64,000 bases of DNA from contig CM082576.2 in the NCBI GenBank assembly GCA_040954595.2, positions 11,101,129 to 11,165,128 of the forward strand, given 5' to 3'. Positions 55,346-64,000 of the stretch are shown piece after piece. The position numbers were made by a program, and so were the translations under genes. Source of the DNA: Balanoglossus misakiensis. Its lineage: Eukaryota; Animalia; Hemichordata. Numbering within the stretch: position 1 is the first letter of the stretch; every line of letters begins with the position of its first letter. The notes beneath the pieces are model-generated. The model was not told where the DNA came from and did not search any database. It saw nothing but the letters and a program-made list of their open reading frames with translations.

Positions 55346-58080
55346 CTAGGCATCGCTGTTTTCATCATCATCAGCAATGGCGGGATTGTCCTCATCAAGC
55401 ATAACATACGTGCGGTTGTCTTTTCTCATATTGTAACCGGTGAAACTGAAGGGAAAATACAACAGAAAATGTTCAATATCCCTCTCAGGGACATTCACAT
55501 ACTGGTGCCACACTAAATCATACAGCAGGTCATTACCATGGCCCCTGCATGATCTTTTCATCCTGGTATTTCCATGATTTGTGGTTGTCAATATGCAACA
55601 TTTTGATGCAAAAAATATGTAAAGTTGTGCTTGAAGGTGCGGATTATAGGGTTATACATGTAGTAACAATCAAGTGAACACAGCCACAGTTATAGGTTTT
55701 GGGTAGACTATGTCGTAGGCAAGGTGTCTGGCTCATTTAAAAATGCTTTTCATATCCGGTATGTTTTTCTGGTGTTGAAAGTGGGAATCAATATGCAATG
55801 TCCAATTTGGTGCACATTATCACTTGTGTTCGCTATATTCCAAAATGACACAGCCAGACTGACCAATATTATGAGTGTACTCACAATAGAAGGATGAGCG
55901 CCACGCCCAATATGGCTGCCATCACTAGGTATACAAGCCCACCATTCAGTATGTGCAGGGTTGCTGGGTACAGCGAGTTGAACATGAAGGAAGCCAAGAA
56001 AGTGACCAAACTCTCAGAAGCCGCCATGAATGAAAAGAGGCTACCTGCAAGAGTTAGGGTAAAGATGTTTAGTGACATTTTATAGTCTCAGTGGTTTCAT
56101 TTATACACTTCTGGTGTGCAGTGGTAAGTGCGATGTTTAAGTCGCATTTACAATTTGAAGTTGCTCAATATTTCCTATGCTGATCGAAAGGTCAATATGT
56201 ATTGGACATACAGACATGGTGAGAGTAAAATTGAATATCCTGTGAAAGTTACCTTCTTCATCTGCGTTGACCAGTTTCGAAATTAATGATCGCACAGAGG
56301 CAGCAGGTATACCAGCCAGGCTCATCAGTAGTGGTACTGCAAGATCAGATGGAAAAGCATCAGTTATCCATCAGTTATTATAGAAGAAAAGATTTCCTCA
56401 CCTTCATATCACACAATTGGTTAAACATGGCTCACACATGACAACTTACTTTCAGAGGAGATCTGCTGACTTTTAAAGACTGAGTGTCTTTTAATATTGG
56501 ATGTAGTGTATTTGCCGCTCTCAAAACACTCAGACTGCCATGAGTCAAAAGGACAATACTCCTTCGAATGCAGTCATTGCTTCGGTACTAAAATCATAAC
56601 CAAGCTCTGTCACAAGTGAATTGCACTGCAGCCAATACACACCTATGAACATCATCCAGGTTTCTGTAGAGAAGGCGATCAATACGTAAGCTACCAGACG
56701 GAACGTGGTGCCAATAATGACGATGGAAGTGTCGTGGAGACTGGTCTTGGCCGTTAGAAGCGGCAGCAGGGTCAGAAGACAGAGCCCTTTCAAGAAACTG
56801 TTGAGCGCCAAGTAATAGCCAATCAGAGAGGGACTCCAGCTCAGAGGAGCTTTCTCGGTGTATAACACTGTTACATCGGATTCCCCTGGAAAATAGAAGT
56901 CGGGATTGATAACATTAGGTTTGTCTATTAATAATTAAAAGTGCATAGTGATATACCAGTAATCTGTACCAACACTCTTTTGCCAGCTCTTTCTTTGAAA
57001 GACACCATGTTCGAACACCACTGTCTGACATCTGCACACCTACAAAGTCAGTGTTCTGATGTCATAATGAATTCAACAATTGAGCCTTCTGATGACACTT
57101 TCTTCTTTCTAAATGTCATGTTATGTTATATTATGTTGTTATGTTATGTTATGTTATGTTATGTTATGTTATGGTTGTTCACATTTCTTACCACTTCCAA
57201 CCAGCTGAAAGAGTAATAAAGTGGAACCCAGAAGGATAAGATGCAGCCTGCCTCTGTTCTGTCTTGCCTTGAAAAGAACACACAGTGACTTCTTGACGTT
57301 TCCCAGCTGACACAACTCCACACAGAGTCTCTTCTCGGTTTGAACTCCTTGTTCCTTTTGGTCCACCGCCTGATCCTTTTGAACAGACGTGTTGGCGGGC
57401 GGTCGCAGTCTCGTCTTCTGGCCGACCTTGACTGATTCCGGCAGCCACAGCGCGATGTAGAGGGCAGTCGCGAGACCCAGCGAGCCGTACAAAATGAAGA
57501 CGGGCACAAAGCCCACATCGTCTATCATGATGCCCGCACACAGCAGACCCACGGTGCTGCCGAGAAACGACATGGACTCCAGGATTCCCACCCGCCTCGT
57601 TCTCGTCTTCACGCTGGTGATGTCAGCCATGTAAGAGTACACGGTAAAAGTGGTCGCTATGAAACCACTCGTGCAGCCCAACAGGAACGAACCAATCAGA
57701 ATGTAGGGCACCGGCAGCCAGATGTACACCGAGGAAAAGATCAGTATGACGGAGTACGCGATGGTGGCGAAGCACGGCATGATCATGGGAATCTTGCGCC
57801 CTATCTTGTCCGACCACGAGCCGAGGAAGAGAGCCGCCAGAATGGACGGCACTGTCTGCACCAGGTTCAGATAGATCAGCCAGTGGGACGTCTGGGTTTG
57901 AACTTGGTCCTCTTCGTCCTCAGTCAGATTCCGGCATATCGACGCGTTGTAGAGCTGCAGGCACGACTTGTGGTAGATCAGCTGCTGGACGCTGGTGTAC
58001 TGGAGGAATGAGCCCAGCATGGAGAGGAACATCACCGGTTCCACGGTCACCAGCCGGAGGTAGTGCATCGGGTTGGCCAT
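55346..58080 (-). CDS. SLC46-family MFS transporter (proton-coupled folate transporter/SLC46A3-like), ~491 aa, 5 coding exons
   Basis: Exons 58080-57192, 56885-56643, 56336-56253, 56044-55885, 55445-55346 are in frame. Motifs: TVEPVMFL, two Cys in the first extracellular loop, GSWSDKIGRK, YSYMADIT...RTRR, WLPES, LYTEKAPLSW, RSLISKLV..EEGSLF. A 5' UTR acceptor lies at ~58103. Confidence 0.92.
57117..57171 (+). repeat. (GTTAT)n pentanucleotide microsatellite, SLC46 intron
   Basis: atgttatgttatgttatgtt... run. Confidence 0.9.
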
Positions 58081-59347
58081 CTTGGATCTGGCAATTTCCT
58101 CCCTGGCAAAGTAGAAGTGTAATGGTGTCGTGAAATTATTGTTGTCAGGTGTGAGGCCGCACAGGTGTATGACATTGTGAAAATCAAAAAGAATCGGGAT
58201 GTGAGCACCACTTTGACGAAAATAGTGTCTGCAACCGCTCAGTGACCTAAAGCTTACCACATACACCGCCAGGTGCAGGCAAAATGGCTGGTATAGGGTG
58301 TGTGCTTTTCTCTACTGTGCCAGAGCTGCTGATGACAACCTACTAGGTCATGGCTGTGCTGCGACACTGGTGTTCACAGGGGTACCTGAGAGAAATCAGC
58401 CCTGTACGGTAGCAGCAATTTGCACATCTCTGCTACAAGGATGCGAGATATAGAGCAGTGGTACATGTATTCACATAACTGCTACACGCCTGCAGGGGTG
58501 TTAGAGACACTCAGATAGGGATTCAGTTCTTTTAAGAGACAGATGTTTACCTAGTGTGTCATAGGGCTGCCTTTCACATGCATCCCTTGCTGCGAGTCCG
58601 TGGCCCTACCACTTCTCCGTCTTGCCCCAGCAACCTACACAAACGGGGAAGTGGTGTGGGGCTACGGACTCGCAGCAAATGCATCCCTAGGCCCCAACAC
58701 TGCCCAAGTTGGCCCACAAGTCCCACAACAACCCCATGCAGACGCAGCTAGTTAGTACATGTACATCTTGACTTTCTTGCTTACCGGAATCCTTGTTATG
58801 CGTTGGGCTTCTCTCATGTAGTTACACAGATAGGTCACTATGAAAAAATGGAATAGGGGCGTAAATACCCGCCGTTGATCATCCTGTCCTCCTCAAAAGG
58901 CATGCCCAGGCATGATGTAAACAAAAACCATCTGTTCTTGTTCTTGACCTTTGGCCTTTTCCCTGGCTGACAAGACGTGATAGAGGGCGCCCTCCACAAA
59001 TCAAAAGCCTGGGCCATAGCCTGGGCCATTACTAGCATGTGATGACACACTAAACGTATAAAAATAGGCCCTTTCTGGATTTTCAGTCATTCTGAATCAG
59101 TCAAGCCTAGCGTTAGCTGTTCAGAATTCCTTTCAGTCTATACTGCCACTGATACTTACCGTGTTATACACACCCGTGCGCTGCAGTTCTCTGTGTCAGT
59201 TGCCTCTGATACTGTGTCCCGTGACTATGGCTGAATCTCGAGTTGTCGCATTCCCATGCATAATTGTTTGTTAATGTGAGGTTCGACTTCGACAGGAGGC
59301 CATTCAATGTGACGGTTGCTGCCGTTGGCAACATCGTACGTGCAGTA

Positions 59348-59506
59348 TGTCTGTACCGTCGCCCCTTGTCATGTCAGTCCCAATGACAGTCGCATCGCTC
59401 TAATGTCTGTACCGTCGCCCCATGTCATGTCAGTCCCACTGACAGTCGCATCGCTCTATGTCTGTACCGTCGCCCCATGTCATGTCAGTCTCATTGACAT
59501 CGCCCC
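59348..59506 (+). repeat. Minisatellite, ~55-bp unit, ~2.9 copies
   Basis: The unit atgtctgtaccgtcgcccc(a/t)tgtcatgtcagtccca(a/c)tgacagtcgcatcgctct starts at ~59348, ~59403 and ~59458. Confidence 0.85.
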
Positions 59507-59557
59507 TTTACTGAACTAGGCAACAATGAGTCAGGTGGCGCCAGATGATACCCTTTT

Positions 59558-59662
59558 AATACGGGTATATACCCGGGGGACCTAGAGCCAAGTTTAGTTG
59601 GGCCAGTACTGGGCCGAACAGATTGGGGTCGTGAAAATTGGGGGCCGAAACGACCTGTTTCC
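59558..59662. mobile_element. Possible terminus of a non-autonomous DNA transposon
   Basis: A perfect palindrome cgggtatatacccg is followed by repeated gggcc(g)a sub-terminal motifs ending in ggggccgaaacgacctgtttcc. The matching end was not found. Confidence 0.3.
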
Positions 59663-62600
59663 AACTAACTGCATTATGCAGTGATGTGAGCCAAAAAGAG
59701 GTGGGGGAGAAATTGTAACGGGGCCAAAAACAACAACAAAAACGCAAAAACAAATCTTTCTCTTATCTTTTTGCCTCTAAAGCCTTTGTCACGTACTGCA
59801 CCCGGTTGACAACCCGGGAGAATTAGAAACGCTGTGACATTGCCGTGGTTGCGCCCTCTATGCTTAGGGTGCAGTGAGGAGCCGAGATTCAATGAGATCG
59901 ATCTGTCACCAAACTTGAATCATCATATTGAAACGTATGTCTCGACCTGAAACAGCCTTCCCCTATATTATTTATTTATGGCTGGGTTTTATTCAAACGT
60001 AGACTTGGAAATATTCTCCCACGCGTCGTCGTCTGGTCGTCTCCGAGAGCTTAATTTGCCCGGTGGTCGGGAAGTGATATGTCAACCTTTAACAAGAATC
60101 TCAACCATTCTTCTTTCTTTAAAGCAACGCTCCGACCCGGTGTCATCATCATAAATTTAACATTGGTCCGGAATCATGCCTGTCATCTCACACTATGAGT
60201 CTGCCCGCAAGAATTCGCCATTATCAAACACACTAGTTTCATATAAAAGTCGGCATACTTTGGGGCTAATAAATATAAAGCGTTGCCGCAGTGCACTTCG
60301 CAAATACGCGTTTTTCGAATGTTATGTGTGTTCCACCCTTTTCATTTCGGTATTGCATTAACATTGGGTGGTCATCGAGCGAACAGGTGTTTCACCATAG
60401 TTGCTCAGAGGGAACCGTGTTTACACCAGTCGCGTGGGTACACGTCTGTATGGTGACAACCGATCGATTCATCATTTCCACATATGGCTCGCAATTTAGT
60501 CGAGGGAACCGGCCCGGAGCACAGGTGCCTATGCGCCAAGAGTAGGAACTTCAGGTCACACGCTCAGTTTGCCCGATCGATACTTCCAATAGCCCCTTCG
60601 ACCATAAAGGCACTTATGGACAGCCGGATAAGGGAACGTTATCTGTTTTCTCTTTGACTTGTTGTAAATTCTGCGCGTGATACATTTCGGAAAAGGGCGA
60701 ATGTTATACCCCGTTGCCACGGAATAACTTTACCCACCACCATGAAAGCTTTTTGTTACCGGGAGGGCTCCCACGACCGTACAATGACGTGAACTTTCTA
60801 AGGTTACTGTAATTGGAAGAAGGTCACGTCCAGGGCGGTATTAAACAAGTTCAAGTGTGAGGTCTTTATAATTTTTTGACAGTGTCGGGTTGCACTCGAG
60901 GTCACGCTGTCGGTCTTCACAAGTAATAAACCACGTACACCAATCTCTTTAAATGATTGATGGGGTGCTGTACACAGGATAACATAGTAGGCAGTATTTG
61001 TTTCATAATACTTAGAAGAGACGGTACGGTATTGAAATTCCATTATTTTATCACGGGAAGTCGAGGAGAAAATATGCGAATATCAAAACCGTCTATCAGA
61101 TTCCCTCTTAAAATGAAATATTTTTGCAACACGCCAATAACAGAAAACTGGGGCTGCTTAACTGTATTACCTCATAGACAGATAACTGCCCTGAGTACAT
61201 CGACTTCAAATATTGAAGTTTCAATCAAGAACTGGTATTTTGGTCTAAATCCTCCACTGCGAAGGAATTTCAGTAAGTTGCCTTCCCGTCTGAGAGAAGG
61301 TCCATTCGATCCCGTCAGTGGCGACACATAATTGACTATGTGCGTCAATGTAGCCCAACTTATTTTTAAAACTCTACGTGGTTTTTTCGACAGGAAATAT
61401 GAAAGGTCCTTAAAATAGTTTGACCTGGTCGCCTCCCACTCTCCTTAACCCATTTATTTGATTTACAACTCTCAGCAGACATGACTACATCGCACATTCC
61501 TACCGCTTTTGTTTGTCGACTAACACTCGTCTCACGTATTACTATAAATTGTCTGGGTGTAATAGGGAGCGTAGCACATTTGTCGCTATTACTATAACCA
61601 CTGAGAATCGCTCCGACCAGTATTGCCACCTAAACAGAATTTACCCCCCCCCCCGAAATATATAGTAGTAATACTAGTATATGTCAATAATTGGGCCTAC
61701 ATGACTCGGAAATCAGTCTGCAGAACTTTATTTGCAATGGATGGGCACTCTTCGCTACCCCTTTTGAAAACCAATAAATATCGATGTTTAATGGTGGAGT
61801 TATATGCACCTGGGTATTTTAAATCGATTCTTTGGCCGCAATTTTCTCCCCCGCTCAAGATGTGTTTGCAGTTTTGTTGTTGTCGTGGTACGAGAGTGAT
61901 ATTTCACCCAGAAAGGTTCGCACCAAACGTGAGGGAGGGGGGGGATGCATCGATATGCGATTCAGTGTTTGCGGCGTCAACCCATTGCCATGATTTCAGT
62001 GAATTATTGATAATTAATTTCTGTGACCATGTTCATTTCCCCCGTAATTTGTCTAATACCACAGAGCAGATGTGAGTTTGTTCATGAATTCTGAGTGGGG
62101 TGACCGTGGTTCGCGCCGTCGCACCAATTTCCTTCGCTATGTCACGGAGAACACGTATACTTTCGCAACCGAAAACCGCTGGAACAATGAGTTGGTGTTC
62201 ACCTGGGATAAATGCCCAAACAAAACACGCCATTGTCCAATGTGTTGTTTCTGTACACCTCACTCTACTCGCTCCCGTCCAACAGAATCACAACAACCCT
62301 GGCCTGATGAATGAAAAAGAAAAACCAACCAAGCTGGTAATACGGTATTAGTCTCATCCGAGTGCATCTTTTTGTTCTTCAAAATAACGTCAGACAATTT
62401 ATTTTTAGATCTCTAAGGAATAACCGAAAATAAAATGTACGCTGTTTTTCTGTTTGGGTTCCGTTCAATAGAGATCACATGAAAGTATAAGACATTATCA
62501 TGGTTATCGTGCGATCGGCGTACTATAAACTATGCATTGAAGCATAACTTCGACACAAGAGCGGCAACTTTGATACGTGATTCGCGTACTGTGAGGTGAC

Positions 62601-64000
62601 TCGCGCCAGTGCACGTAAACCAGTATGTAGACGGGCCCAGACCAGCACAGGTCGCCGTTGAATGCCATATTGAAATATAGATTAGCTCTTCAGGTCGTGT
62701 CGCCTTTTGGTTTTAGATTTACATAACAACCGGTTTGTATATATGGTTTGAAGGCACAATGTCATGTTTGGCGTGCAGTATATGATCATTTGAAGAGCGA
62801 CCAATTACAACAGGTGCGGTTATACTTCATCGGAAACGGCGTCGGAATCAATAAATGAGAAGGAGCCATCGCGACCTGAATGAATGATACGATTTTACTC
62901 ATAATACATATATTACTATTAACCAAAAATATTTGAGGAATTAAGGTATACTTGTGCATTGTGGTCTTGAGGTGTGAACCAAAAGAAAGTGGGAAACGAA
63001 GAATATGTTTTAAAGAATATACCTGTAGAACTCGTGGAATGAAATGTTGCTTATCATTAAATAGTGGCGATGCTATATAGATTACGCGACGGATATACTC
63101 AAGGCTTACTTGTGGTAAATACTGACATTATAGTAGCCGCGGGTGCGGTCTAGTCAGCGCGACCCAAGATCACGGAAAATTCCATCGTGATGGAACCGAA
63201 CGCTATTCCAAATTCTGCGATTCACATCAAAGTAAATCACACCTCCCTACAAAACGTTAAATTCAAACCAGATTGATAATTCCCTCCAGAATAATACGAC
63301 CGTAATAAAACGTGCAAGATCTATTGCCGATATGATATCGTCTGTTTCTTTCATCATCATTGGGGTGACGATGTTGTTAAATCCCTCTGTTTGAAAATTC
63401 CACTTTGTTTTCGTCACTTTTTTGACGTCACTGTAGACAATGATTGCCGTTTGGGTATTCGGCCGCTTTCTGTGTTTGCGGTTACTCTCAATAGCTTGTA
63501 CGTCATATTTTATGTTGCATGTGTCCTTGTGCATGTGCCGTTTCACACCATTATTTTGTTTTTTTGCCATGTCAAGCTATTCTTTGTGTATTTTCTGTGT
63601 CTTTTACGGGATTTCCTGTAAATACATTGGGACTGTGGACTGGGGCTGCTCAAGTGACCCCCCCCCCCCACCTTTTACCTGTGATGAAATGAACCAAATT
63701 AGACGCCTCCCATCTCTCTCTGTGCGTCTGTGTCTCTGACTCTCTCTCTCTCCCCCCGCTCTCTAAGGACGACCACATTCATTTCTTTCCTGTAAATGAC
63801 AGCCATAAAAAAAGGTAAAAAACACACGCACACACACCAAACATTACGCGTTTTCGGAAGGCACTTATATTCATCGAAATGGGACTATATATCTTGCTAT
63901 GGAGTGTAGTCCTACTGGTACAATCGGTAGCCAATTGTGCCAGCACGTTAGCTGTGACAGGGAAAAATAAATTAACGGGGCCACTTCAAACCATTCTAGT

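Noticed and set aside
59348-59506. CRISPR-like repeat array
   Set aside because: The units repeat in full with no unique spacers, the context is eukaryotic, and there are no cas genes.
60100-64000. Short ORFs (e.g. 60957-61331, 61623-62075, 62072-62314)
   Set aside because: There are no recognisable domains, codon bias or consistent splice chain, so the region is treated as intergenic or upstream regulatory sequence.

Overview
This is intron-rich animal genomic DNA, most likely from an invertebrate deuterostome (hemichordate/amphioxus-like; inferred from gene structure and repeat style). All gene models were assembled by hand from GT-AG splice sites and reading frame. From left to right: (1) a tandem array of three intact paralogues (minus strand, ~0.3-6.9 kb) encoding an unrecognised ~191-193 aa secreted protein with 8 conserved Cys, a predicted N-terminal Xaa-Xaa-His (ATCUN-like) motif and an excess of amino-acid-changing differences; (2) an Ikaros/Pegasus-family zinc-finger gene with only two visible N-terminal fingers, head-to-head with (3) a 14-exon FRMD6/expanded (Hippo pathway) gene whose introns look enriched in TEAD motifs; (4) a 15-exon PREPL/oligopeptidase-B-like S9A peptidase with a His-rich insert; (5) POLR2G (RPB7), head-to-head with (6) MRPL4; (7) an SLC46 (PCFT-like) MFS transporter; then about 6 kb with no gene I can support. 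The best candidate for an undescribed system is the secreted-protein array. No RNA genes or CRISPR arrays are supported.
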